From: Antedon mediterranea | Lineage: Eukaryota > Animalia > Echinodermata | Assembly (NCBI RefSeq): GCF_964355755.1 | Contig: NC_092675.1 | Span: 20,804,912-20,868,911 of the forward strand | Reading direction: 5' to 3' | Length of the DNA: 64,000 nucleotides | Part shown: piece after piece, positions 52,901 through 57,555 of the stretch | Numbering within the stretch: the stretch's first letter is position 1 | Layout: the number at the start of each line of letters is the position of its first letter | Translations under genes and position numbers: made by a program | Notes under the pieces: model-generated | The model's database searches: none | What the model saw: only the letters and a program-made list of their open reading frames with translations | Told to the model about the DNA's origin: nothing

Positions 52901-53582
52901 CTCAAAAGAAATAAGAAACAGTGAATAATGATATAAACATTGAGATTTGATAAATAAGACAGAGATATCTCTTATGTCTCAGCAGTTTGAATCATACAGT
53001 ACAGATAACATGATTTGTTTAATAAATCACTGTATTTTTTTCTTGTTGGTGAATGTTTCAAACCACAAAAAATAAACATAACCATGTTATATGTAGACTT
53101 GTCAGAAGAGTGACAGGTTTAAAGGTTTGAATAATGCTACAGTACAGTATATCCTACTCACCACTATGAATACTATTAGTATTACCATGGAGGCTTTTTT
53201 ATACCTCCATATATTACAGTGTATTGAACACTGCATACAGGGTAAGAGGAGTTTGAAATATGGTAAAAATGATTTTATAGTTCAATCATTTTATGTTGTT
53301 GGCCACCATATTTTTAATATGCTTCCACAGCATTTGTGAGGTGCCCTCTCTCACTAGGTTCAATCAACTCCTAAAATCAAACTTTTACCACACCACTGGT
53401 ACAACATATCATTGGCAATCGTACTGTTATTGGGAGATGAAATGGAATTACCAATAGCAGTCTCATGAACTTACCCTTTGAAAATCACAACCTGGATCAG
53501 AACATTGTATATTTTTACATAAAACAATGCTATCTTGGCAAGAACATACTGTACATGGGTCTGTGGTCCAAACAGAAAAATT
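1596..53582 (-). CDS. FRAS1: FRAS1-like basement-membrane/ECM protein, multi-exon gene (49 exons traced; partial at both ends)
   Basis: Spliced translation gives VWC x6, furin-like x14, CSPG x12, Calx-beta x4 in the order diagnostic of FRAS1 (FREM1/2/3 lack the VWC+furin N-terminus). All introns GT-AG with compatible phases. Motifs recalled from vertebrate FRAS1 recur (PSLxxNGS, TPTNGxL, DDDNP, ECDWxC). Confidence 0.95.
2302..2449 (-). CDS. FRAS1: FRAS1 exon, Calx-beta 3
   Basis: TAG/GTAAG, 148 nt, phase 0-1; TCLITLMDDSASPQVEGNETFIVHL. Confidence 0.9.
2838..3049 (-). CDS. FRAS1: FRAS1 exon, Calx-beta 3
   Basis: CAG/GTAAG, 212 nt, phase 1-0; VVRHGSDLSHISIVWCATRMSDPPSARPGEDYVPSS. Confidence 0.92.
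3190..3313 (-). CDS. FRAS1: FRAS1 exon, Calx-beta 2
   Basis: TAG/GTAAT, 124 nt, phase 0-1; IVDDSVYEEEEEFELVL...IQGPND. Confidence 0.9.
3500..3780 (+). mobile_element. tRNA-derived SINE with CORE-like middle and (TTA)n tail
   Basis: A-box-like TGGCGCAGTGTG, B-box-like GGTTTGAATCC, CORE-like GCCTCTCTCCACCCAGGTGTACAAATGGGTACC, L2-like 3' end and ATT-repeat tail. Confidence 0.65.
3785..3954 (-). CDS. FRAS1: FRAS1 exon, Calx-beta 2
   Basis: CAG/GTAAA, 170 nt, phase 1-0; GDNSATVTAVC...GSDYITRG...FPQGV. Confidence 0.9.
4078..4158 (-). CDS. FRAS1: FRAS1 exon, Calx-beta 2
   Basis: CAG/GTAAA, 81 nt, phase 1-1; PSIEFEATEYRINEDVGFFSAPVIRK. Confidence 0.9.
4270..4402 (-). mobile_element. RTE-clade LINE 3' fragment
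   Basis: Minus strand reads EWTVLTFVDSQ*ATEDRDRWRRIVQKSAVVPQ (RTE C-terminal pattern) then an (ACTGA)n tail. Confidence 0.6.
4737..4902 (-). CDS. FRAS1: FRAS1 exon, Calx-beta 1
   Basis: CAG/GTAAG, 166 nt, phase 0-1; IQFEERETTKTCSITIVDDLVYEGPESF. Confidence 0.92.
5115..5253. mobile_element. MITE family A copy (Harbinger/Tourist-like)
   Basis: TIR remnants TCTACACTATCAAACT / AGTTTGATAGTGTAGACAG; internal CCAAATATGGTAGTGATAT-like subrepeats. Confidence 0.8.
5266..5361 (-). CDS. FRAS1: FRAS1 exon, Calx-beta 1
   Basis: TAG/GTAAG, 96 nt, phase 0-0; YAVVLCGTKQATATS...PGKNDYREYASQ. Confidence 0.9.
5665..5891 (-). CDS. FRAS1: FRAS1 exon, CSPG12/Calx-beta 1
   Basis: CAG/GTATG, 227 nt, phase 1-0; ...FRIQWPILQFEHEQYNVSE...VKRSGNLNQ. 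Confidence 0.92.
6355..6505 (-). CDS. FRAS1: FRAS1 exon, CSPG12
   Basis: TAG/GTAGG, 151 nt, phase 0-1; AVGLITDTNLQAMDNDTPDKQLVYTITTQPAHGYL. Confidence 0.9.
7116..7457 (-). CDS. FRAS1: FRAS1 exon, CSPG11/12
   Basis: CAG/GTAAA, 342 nt, phase 0-0; FSMDDIYESRISYIHDGSNTLTDSFSFTITDG. Confidence 0.92.
7590..7720 (+). mobile_element. Deu-domain SINE fragment
   Basis: CCTTCGGATGGGACATAAA...ACACTATTCAAAA, shared with copies at 38050 and 47200. Confidence 0.55.
7822..7962 (-). CDS. FRAS1: FRAS1 exon, CSPG10/11
   Basis: TAG/GTAAG, 141 nt, phase 0-0; VDDSLPLLSNMGMRVQEGIRKTITEFELKAIDLDTE. Confidence 0.92.
8920..9224 (-). CDS. FRAS1: FRAS1 exon, CSPG10
   Basis: CAG/GTAAA, 305 nt, phase 1-0; DHIPPKVLTNKG...LSDGTNE. 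Confidence 0.9.
9401..9520 (-). CDS. FRAS1: FRAS1 exon, CSPG9
   Basis: CAG/GTAAG, 120 nt, phase 1-1; GYIKYSHDASEPSGLVVFKFNVADEDGNELID. Confidence 0.9.
9579..9690. mobile_element. MITE family A, truncated
   Basis: TAA then AGCTCTGTCTACACTATCAAACTTTATGTGAC; right TIR absent. Confidence 0.75.
9881..12248. repeat. 70-bp minisatellite, about 33.5 units
   Basis: Unit GATGTACTGTACTACAACTAGTACTGTTCATGGTGACGATGRAGACAATGACAATGGTGGTAATGATWTT; GATGTACTGT recurs every 70 nt from 9911 to 12221. Confidence 0.97.
12362..12550 (-). CDS. FRAS1: FRAS1 exon, CSPG9
   Basis: TAG/GTAGGT, 189 nt, phase 1-1; ...LRATDVDSNDKKLLF...FKQSDIDE. Confidence 0.9.
12824..13004 (-). CDS. FRAS1: FRAS1 exon, CSPG8/9
   Basis: TAG/GTAAG, 181 nt, phase 0-1; YVHDSSE...LTDG...NDETPRLTINHGL. 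Confidence 0.9.
13132..13301. mobile_element. MITE family A, full length
   Basis: Both TIRs present (AGCTCTGTCTACAATATCAAACT / AGTTTGATAGTGTAGACAAGGCT). Confidence 0.85.
13581..13817 (-). CDS. FRAS1: FRAS1 exon, CSPG8
   Basis: TAG/GTTAGT, 237 nt, phase 0-0; LINDEEPE...ASDIDSPDDELRF. Confidence 0.9.
14309..14499 (-). CDS. FRAS1: FRAS1 exon, CSPG7
   Basis: CAG/GTACAA, 191 nt, phase 1-0; GSEKSQSGIPITSF...YVQSIHKGMEPTVDGFLFYVTDG. Confidence 0.9.
14851..15146 (-). CDS. FRAS1: FRAS1 exon, CSPG6/7
   Basis: TAG/GTAAT, 296 nt, phase 2-1; ...PVNDLPP...ASDGDT. Confidence 0.9.
15482..15881 (-). CDS. FRAS1: FRAS1 exon, CSPG5/6
   Basis: TAG/GTTTGT, 400 nt, phase 1-2; YNHDGTPSNEDSFEIAVTDG...FSQADI. Confidence 0.88.
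16021..16281 (-). CDS. FRAS1: FRAS1 exon, CSPG4/5
   Basis: CAG/GTAAG, 261 nt, phase 1-1; VSDTFTGGN...SVEDLDTP...PKHG. Confidence 0.9.
16646..16901 (-). CDS. FRAS1: FRAS1 exon, CSPG4
   Basis: TAG/GTATA, 256 nt, phase 0-1; VLEGTVTPI...FTQADINAQRIVYRPP. Confidence 0.9.
17168..17290 (-). CDS. FRAS1: FRAS1 exon, CSPG3/4
   Basis: TAG/GTAAG, 123 nt, phase 0-0; VSDGANPPNILTDQTFQISVSADNDEPP... Confidence 0.88.
17607..17726. mobile_element. MITE family A, truncated
   Basis: AGCTATGTCTACACTATCAAACTTTATG plus internal CTACCATATTTGG repeats. Confidence 0.75.
17776..17954 (-). CDS. FRAS1: FRAS1 exon, CSPG3
   Basis: CAG/GTAAG, 179 nt, phase 1-0; ...FYQQDMREGHVYYHHLG... Confidence 0.9.
18360..18519 (-). 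CDS. FRAS1: FRAS1 exon, CSPG3
   Basis: CAG/GTAAG, 160 nt, phase 0-1; DNQIPMIITN...LRATDSDTDDDDLMF. Confidence 0.9.
18586..18816 (+). mobile_element. DIRS-type retrotransposon ORF1 (gag) N-terminal zinc-finger fragment
   Basis: GC/CpG-rich island in an AT-rich intron; ORF from 18661 gives C-x2-C-x9-DRH-x2-C-x2-C-x2-C-x5-C-x2-C-x2-W. Confidence 0.6.
18981..19112. mobile_element. MITE family A, with TAA target duplication
   Basis: TAA|AGCTCTGTCTACACTATCAAA...TTTGATAGTTTAGACGGTAGAGCT|TAA. Confidence 0.85.
19290..19969 (-). CDS. FRAS1: FRAS1 exon, CSPG repeats 1-2
   Basis: CAG/GTAAA, 680 nt, phase 1-0; VNVQPPSLYINGS...YKHDGSE...ILPT. Confidence 0.93.
20224..20364 (-). CDS. FRAS1: FRAS1 exon, furin-like repeat 14
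   Basis: TAG/GTAAG, 141 nt, phase 1-1; GCPNNCVECSTPQECTQC... Confidence 0.9.
20620..20760 (-). CDS. FRAS1: FRAS1 exon, furin-like repeat 13
   Basis: CAG/GTATG, 141 nt, phase 1-1; ACLGGCKSCDVKGRCTSC... Confidence 0.9.
20826..20962. mobile_element. MITE family A, left-truncated
   Basis: Internal repeats plus right TIR TTTGATAATGTAGACAGAGC. Confidence 0.8.
21005..21145 (-). CDS. FRAS1: FRAS1 exon, furin-like repeat 12
   Basis: TAG/GTTAGT, 141 nt, phase 1-1; ECDWTCNSCVGPRHTDCLLCMDG... Confidence 0.9.
21363..21506 (-). CDS. FRAS1: FRAS1 exon, furin-like repeat 11
   Basis: CAG/GTAGCT (weak donor), 144 nt, phase 1-1; ACDASCLFCISESTCLEC... Confidence 0.85.
22353..22496 (-). CDS. FRAS1: FRAS1 exon, furin-like repeat 10
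   Basis: CAG/GTAAA, 144 nt, phase 1-1; ECYPTCLTCDRDGIQGCLSC... Confidence 0.9.
22939..23094 (-). CDS. FRAS1: FRAS1 exon, furin-like repeat 9
   Basis: CAG/GTATA, 156 nt, phase 1-1; DCSSSCGTCYGLPGLEDSVCDQC... Confidence 0.9.
23498..23638 (-). CDS. FRAS1: FRAS1 exon, furin-like repeat 8
   Basis: CAG/GTAAT, 141 nt, phase 1-1; CHASCNTCSGAGTGDCQSC... Confidence 0.9.
23776..23896. mobile_element. MITE family A, left-truncated
   Basis: Right TIR AGTTTGATAGTGTAGACAGAGCT|TAA. Confidence 0.8.
25277..25335. mobile_element. MITE family A, minimal TIR-only derivative
   Basis: TTGTCTACACTATCAAACTTT...AAAGTTTGATAGTGTAGACAA hairpin, about 60 bp. Confidence 0.8.
26238..26378 (-). CDS. FRAS1: FRAS1 exon, furin-like repeat 7
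   Basis: TAG/GTAAG, 141 nt, phase 1-1; CHSSCLTCTGGTPSDCTSC... Confidence 0.9.
27095..27265 (-). CDS. FRAS1: FRAS1 exon, furin-like repeat 6 (long loop)
   Basis: TAG/GTGAG, 171 nt, phase 1-1; ACHRSCRTCLGPGPDKCTSC...GACVDSCRNNYF. Confidence 0.9.
27810..27955. mobile_element. MITE family A, full length
   Basis: Both TIRs AGCTCTGTCTACACTATCAAACT / AGTTTGATAATGTAGACAGAGCT. Confidence 0.85.
28470..28578. mobile_element. MITE family A, truncated
   Basis: CCCAAATATGGTAGT repeats plus AAAGTTTGATAGTGTAGACAGA. Confidence 0.8.
28606..28746 (-). CDS. FRAS1: FRAS1 exon, furin-like repeat 5
   Basis: TAG/GTAAG, 141 nt, phase 1-1; CHPSCLYCHGPDADQCRGC... Confidence 0.9.
30210..30350 (-). CDS. FRAS1: FRAS1 exon, furin-like repeat 4
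   Basis: TAG/GTACGT, 141 nt, phase 1-1; CDASCSTCYHNNPRCRTC... Confidence 0.88.
30518..30820 (+). mobile_element. degenerate tRNA-headed SINE
   Basis: ATGGCCGAGTGGTTTAAGGC A-box head; 3' motif TAAGCTAGGCACGA (also near 43993) followed by an AT-rich tail. Confidence 0.4.
30996..31139 (-). CDS. FRAS1: FRAS1 exon, furin-like repeat 3
   Basis: CAG/GTAAG, 144 nt, phase 1-1; ECFQGCFECTGPTKGDCVAC... Confidence 0.9.
31568..31708 (-). CDS. FRAS1: FRAS1 exon, furin-like repeat 2
   Basis: TAG/GTATG, 141 nt, phase 1-1; CHSSCAECSAGTEFHCMAC...CGPGFY. Confidence 0.9.
31906..32046 (-). CDS. FRAS1: FRAS1 exon, furin-like repeat 1
   Basis: CAG/GTACGT, 141 nt, phase 1-1; QCDVDCINCNSFGCTSCRDSTKVIQNGRCVDRCGRGFYSSTQNTCL (not in ORF track). 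Confidence 0.88.
32332..32479 (-). CDS. FRAS1: FRAS1 exon, VWC6
   Basis: CAG/GTGAG, 148 nt, phase 0-1; NEDVWQFDDCSICRCVNG...GECCHRCEA. Confidence 0.9.
32564..32653 (-). CDS. FRAS1: FRAS1 exon, VWC5/VWC6
   Basis: TAG/GTGAG, 90 nt, phase 0-0; GQVLKHQAGRCCPECGEPEGICFFDGVTYT. Confidence 0.9.
33003..33136 (-). CDS. FRAS1: FRAS1 exon, VWC5
   Basis: CAG/GTATG, 134 nt, phase 1-0; YCEYDQSIKYHGDMWNATACQYCICSRG... Confidence 0.9.
33256..34112. mobile_element. Kolobok-like non-autonomous DNA element, TTAA target duplication
   Basis: TTAA|AGATGAATTGTCCCC ... GGGGACAATACATCT|TTAA (15-bp TIR, one mismatch; RR..YY ends). Confidence 0.75.
33418..34082 (+). mobile_element. Helentron-associated non-autonomous element (HINE/DINE-1-like)
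   Basis: Subterminal IRs ACCTCCGCC / GGCGGAGGT, (GTTT)n microsatellite near the 5' end, 3' hairpin CACTCTCGGAGTG, ends CTAG in a T-rich site. Confidence 0.75.
34211..34278 (-). pseudogene. tRNA-like relic or SINE head
   Basis: Minus strand TAGCTTGGTGGTAA (A box) and GGTTCAATCC (B box) at tRNA spacing; stems degenerate. Confidence 0.45.
35540..35688. mobile_element. MITE family B, degenerate copy
   Basis: Similar to 41455-41603: AGCTTCGTTCTCATTTGGACACAACG...GTTGACCAAT...ATTGGTCAA...TCCAAGTGGGAATCAA. Confidence 0.6.
35838..35895 (-). CDS. FRAS1: FRAS1 exon, VWC4 end
   Basis: TAG/GTAAT, 58 nt, phase 0-1; NERRIVREGECCAECVPAE. Confidence 0.88.
36722..36907 (-). CDS. FRAS1: FRAS1 exon, VWC3/VWC4
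   Basis: TAG/GTAAG, 186 nt, phase 0-0; GQLMVVPDGQCCPEC...WQTSPCNHCSC. Confidence 0.9.
37126..37324. mobile_element. Tc1/mariner (Tigger-like) MITE family C
   Basis: TA|CAGTAAAACCC ... GATTCTTCTG|TA with internal GGGACAC/CCCTATT repeats; related pieces near 20160, 24051, 28330, 42848, 57620, 63755. Confidence 0.6.
38050..38290 (+). mobile_element. tRNA-headed Deu-domain SINE
   Basis: TGGTGTAATG A-box, GGTTCGAGCC B-box, then TGTCCTTCGGATGGGATGTAAAGCCG...TTAAAGAAC...ACACTATTTGAA resembling the Deu/Nin domain. Confidence 0.65.
39990..40310 (-). mobile_element. L2/CR1-group LINE ORF2 3' remnant
   Basis: Frameshifted EYNVLIFSYMAQHNITSGYLSEIVQIYRPTTRFL and QRAFAVTAP resemble L2 KILLLTYKALH..AP.YL / RAFSVAAP. 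Confidence 0.6.
41455..41603. mobile_element. MITE family B (Harbinger-like), TAA target duplication
   Basis: TAA|AGTTTAGTTCCCACTAGGACGCAACGCAAGGA ... TCCTTGCGTTGCGTCCTAGTGGGAACCAAGCT|TAA. Confidence 0.88.
42041..42174 (-). CDS. FRAS1: FRAS1 exon, VWC3
   Basis: TAG/GTAAT, 134 nt, phase 1-0; QCAYQSQQYRHGQSWSPAKCALCKC... Confidence 0.9.
42662..42821 (-). CDS. FRAS1: FRAS1 exon, VWC2
   Basis: CAG/GTAAG, 160 nt, phase 0-1; DNSQWSPTPCATCYC...CCPQCVKVG. Confidence 0.9.
45204..46131 (-). mobile_element. internally deleted PIF/Harbinger-group DNA transposon with transposase remnant
   Basis: Inverted ends AATAGCGAGCTTTCGT / ACGAAAGCTCGCTATT with an imperfect extension to about 40 bp; minus strand about 45746-45939 encodes IRDALVAAYISDVLDEEEFIMLYSMNSPSNPDFQY...FNLDKFNDDECNSYFR. 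Confidence 0.75.
47023..47106 (+). pseudogene. degenerate 5S rRNA-derived sequence
   Basis: GGCCATACCACATTGAAACACC...GATC...GGAGACCGACTGAGA collinear with 5S rRNA 5' end and box C region, with internal deletions. Confidence 0.55.
47135..47197. mobile_element. MITE family A, short derivative
   Basis: TAA|AGCCATGTCTACACTATCAAAC...GTTTGATAGTATAGACAGAGCT. Confidence 0.8.
47200..47400 (+). mobile_element. Deu-domain SINE copy
   Basis: TGCTTGTATCCTTAGACAA...TGTCTTGTCCTTCGGATAGGACATAAAGC...ACATTATTCAAAAGG, aligns with the 38050 copy. Confidence 0.6.
47513..47602 (-). CDS. FRAS1: FRAS1 exon, VWC1/VWC2
   Basis: TAG/GTAAG, 90 nt, phase 0-0; GEKLRIAPNNCCPECASNSGSCQYNGEIIG (not in ORF track). Confidence 0.9.
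47913..48136. mobile_element. MITE family D
   Basis: Imperfect TIRs TTGTTGTATTCGATTGGGAACTTTC / GAAAGTCTTAATCGAATACGACAA, internal IR CTTTCGTTGTCAACG / CGTTGACAACGAAAG, CTCAACG repeats. Confidence 0.7.
53475..53582 (-). CDS. FRAS1: FRAS1 exon, VWC1
   Basis: CAG/GTAAG, 108 nt, phase 0-0; NFSVWTTDPCTVCSCQDSIVLCKNIQCSDPGCDFQR. Confidence 0.9.
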
Positions 53583-53671
53583 CTGAAAACAGAAAGTGAA
53601 AGAAATGATTATTGAGGAAGGACCAAGTTTCATGGCATTATAATATTTGATTATACTGTACATCTGCGTAA

Positions 53672-53836
53672 AGCTCTGTGTACACTAACAAACTAGTTTG
53701 ACAAAAAAAGTGTGATGTGGCCAAATAGTATGGTAGTGATATGGCCAAATATGGTAGTGATATGACATCATCATGTCCATACTGTACGGGCACATCACAT
53801 TTTTTTGTCACATAAAGTTTAAGTGTACACAGAGCC
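53672..53836. mobile_element. MITE family A, variant TIRs
   Basis: AGCTCTGTGTACACT ... AGTGTACACAGAGC. Confidence 0.85.
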
Positions 53837-55985
53837 TTATTCTGTATAAAATTTACTCTTTGACAATAACAAATATATTGTGACATAGATACAACAAAAG
53901 AAAATGTGAAACAATATTACATTGTAATGCATTTCATTAAATAAATATCAAAACTGAATCGTAATTAAACAAGGTAGACATTATATTTTATATGTCTGTG
54001 AAGACAATTGATTATTTTATGCGAGTAAAAATCATTTAGACTTTTATAAAACTGATTACGGTAGCTGAAACTGGCTAAAACAACCTTGGGCTAGTAAAAA
54101 TATTTTGTTTTAGGAAAGGAAAACAATATTATTGTTATTCCTATTACAAATAAAGTTCATATATTATAGTATTAATTGAGTATTTTAAACTTAATTACTG
54201 AAAATTGAATGAAAATCTAATTTCTTGCAAATTCAAATTGTTGCCCTGATTTCAAAAAGATAAATTTGTTATGAGAATTAACATTCCGAAACATTAGTAA
54301 AGAATGTTCTTAATGAATTGACAACATAATGACATTAAAACACTTTAAAAACTACAAAATGTTAAATATGCCTTCTGAACTGCAAAAATATATACAGTAC
54401 AGATAGTAACCCATCGTTTTGCCATATAATATTCCTTTTAAGTTTTATGATTAAACCAAAGTTGAATTTTACAGCTGTTTTAGAATTACATAAAGAATAG
54501 GGTTGGCATAATCATTAAGTGTAAATTAATATTTTGTTATTCTTACTATAAAATAATTTACTAAATTGTGTTTTTAGGCTATAATACGTGAGGTCAAATG
54601 CAGTAGCTTTTAGGCATAAGGTCAATAAATTTCATAGGTTATTATAGGAAAGGTAAAAAGGTTCAATACTACTGGGTTTTAAGGCGTTTCAACTGCTTTA
54701 TAATTTGAAAATGCAAACACAAATCTACTGTATGGATGACAATTGGCAATTTTCGGAACATGTAGTGGCCAATTTTTGGACAGGTAGTGAATATTAAAAA
54801 CAATCCACAAAATTGTACTATACAGTATGTCAATTTGTGAATTGTAGAATCCACAATTTAAGAGTACAATGACATTCTCTTGCAAACAAAGTTTACTTTA
54901 AATCAAGTTTGTTTCAGAACTATAGTTTTAATTATCAGGACCAACAGTTTATTTGCCATGAACTCAATGTGACACCAATCTGTACACACGTTTGTATTGC
55001 AAGTTCTATATAAACAGATCGTGCGACCTAAATATTATACCAATATTGACTTTCTCCATCATTCCACTTGGCATGAAGGAGCCATAGTTCTTGAGCAAAC
55101 ATTCGTTTTATCTTAAAAATCAAGCTACCGAAACTAAGTAAATGCCAAGAAAAATGCACTCATAAATAGTCTTTAAGATTCTTTTTCCCAAATGCTTCCA
55201 ACCATTGGGAGCCAGAGGCATGACATGCTTTAGAAAATCCTCAAAGGAATAGTTAACAATAATTGGATTTAAACTATACTGCAGTACAGTGATGTTTTGT
55301 TGATTGTTATAAAAAAAAACAAGAAAATGTGATTGTTTTGGTATTGCTAAATGCAGCAACCCACTTTGTAAATCAATGGATCAACTATCTCTATAATGAC
55401 AAACATCATTGGAGATCACCACGGTTCACTGTTCAAAAAGAAGCCGAAAAAAACCACCGAAAATAACTATTTAACGCCACAACAAATTTCACAGTCCCTA
55501 AAGTCTCTCTAGCTGATATGAAAACAATTACACTTCATTATCATAACTATCTACTGTTTGGAATGGCTTTAATTTGTAGAGTGTGGAGAGGGGGTCAGAC
55601 AATTAGTCTGTGCACTGTTTACAACAAAATATAACACCAAAGTTCAAGCCTACATATGTATTATATATTCTACAACATACAAAGTTTTACTGTAGAATAA
55701 TATTATCTTTACCATAAATTTAAGAAATAGAGAAAACCTTTATATTCTGATTCAGTGTACAGTAAACAACTTGGCAAATTTATCATTGAAAAGTTGTAAA
55801 CAGATCAAAGGAAGTTGAACACTTAACTTCTTGACCATGGTCAAAATGTGGTCAAATAAAACTGACCTTTTGAGAGTGCCAATGAGATGTTAAAAGGTCA
55901 GGTAAATATGTAACTGGTGCCTTAAGCTCGATATTAAAAATGATTATTATCTCAATAGCCTTTTGTAACCTAAGAAAATTGTATG

Positions 55986-56200
55986 ATATGGTGTTAAGGA
56001 TTATATGGTGTTAAGGATTATATGGTGTTAAAGGACAACTGTACCGAGGACCATATTTTAAAACGTATTAGAGGTGTACATATGATTTCAGAACCATCGC
56101 GAAATCGAGGATATCGACGCACGCGCTCGCCGTACAGCCGTCGCCGTAAATTGCTGTGACGTCAGAAGAGCATCGGAAAATTTACGTCATGGTTTTTATA
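55986..56200. mobile_element. 17-bp tandem repeat followed by a CpG-rich Kolobok-like transposon end
   Basis: ATATGGTGTTAAGGATT x2.7, then TTAA|AGGACAACTGTAC and a CpG-dense stretch; no partner TIR found. Confidence 0.4.
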
Positions 56201-57394
56201 CTGTACAGTAAAACGTTTAAATCAGCACATCATAAATTTTCAAGTGTACTTCTTAAAAGGAACATTGTATTCCCATCCCCCATGGTTTTAAGTTTGTTCT
56301 AACAAATTATAGTAATTAAGTATGAATTTTTATCATTTGAACACTCATGGTCATTACAAGCAATTTGCCATCACCAACGGTGGGAAAAATTCCAGAGGAT
56401 TGCAGAGGCTTATGTCACTACAACCAGACTTAAGTTGATGTATTAATTCGTCTGTTTCGTCGACGCTTGTAGATGTTCACAAAACTAGAACAGTGAGATA
56501 ATGATTTGTCTGAGAGCAAGTTTATGAATAATACAGAACATCAAAAAAGCAATCACATCAACAAATGAATAATGGAGGATAAATACTGCCATTAAAACTT
56601 TGATTATGCACGGTTATCAAAGGTCACGAAAGTTGAGAAAGCGAGGTTGAAAACTAGCCTTATGACTTTCATTAGTTGAAGAAAGTTTACTACTGTAGGC
56701 TAAACAAACTATCTGATTAACTTTTACCAAAACTGCTCAGTGCTATACAACTCAATCAAAACCGTTTTATTATCAATTTTAATTTATTTTTTTGTTTGTT
56801 GTTAAAATTCTGGAAAGTTTCTGAATATACAAAGTCACATATCAAGTTTTCTATTGCAATACTTCAATTCAAATTTCATCTAAAATTACACCAATTGGAT
56901 GGCCAAAAAAACATATAAAATTATGTATGATTATTATTAAAATAAAATACCTTTACTCATTTAAATAAAAATATTACTGTCATATATTTATTACATTTAA
57001 TAATTAACTAAATTATTGAAAATCTACTTATTCTCGAAAACAAGGTTGCAATTTCTACCACTTCTCATTTTCTTAAACAACTTCTCTGTACAAAATGTGT
57101 ATTCTGTTGTACTAAAGGGTTCACAAATGGGTAAAAGGACACTTCCAAAAAATTAAATATAAATAGTCTCTGCCACATGGGAGATATCATTTTTGTAATG
57201 CTTAGATGAATGTCAGATGATAATAACAACCTTTAATATAAATTTCTTACTTTCAGGCTGTAAAAACCTTGTCCTCATCCTTGGGTAAGCTGAAATTGCA
57301 ATCTTTTAAATTGCAACTTTCAGTTGCACAGAAAAAGTAAATAGTGAAAATAAAATATTGTTATTGGAAATAACAAACTTGAAAAAACATCTAA

Positions 57395-57555
57395 ACCTCT
57401 GACCACACCATCAAACTAGTTTGACCAAAAAAAGTGTTATGTGGCCAAATATGATAGTGATATACCCAAATATGGTAGTGATATGACATCATCATGTCCA
57501 TATATGGGAATATCACATTTTTTGTCCCATAAAGTTTAATACTGTAGACAGAGCT
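57395..57555. mobile_element. MITE family A, full length degenerate
   Basis: CTCTGACCACACCATCAAACTAGTTTG ... AAAGTTTAATACTGTAGACAGAGCT. Confidence 0.8.

Noticed and set aside
1596-53582. U12-type or GC-AG introns
   Set aside because: All traced introns are GT-AG and none has the GTATCCTT U12 donor
13140-53886. Recurrent peptide VYTIKLYVTK.CDVPIYG.DDVISLPYL in several ORFs (13140, 28417, 53638)
   Set aside because: Translation of MITE family A, not a protein family
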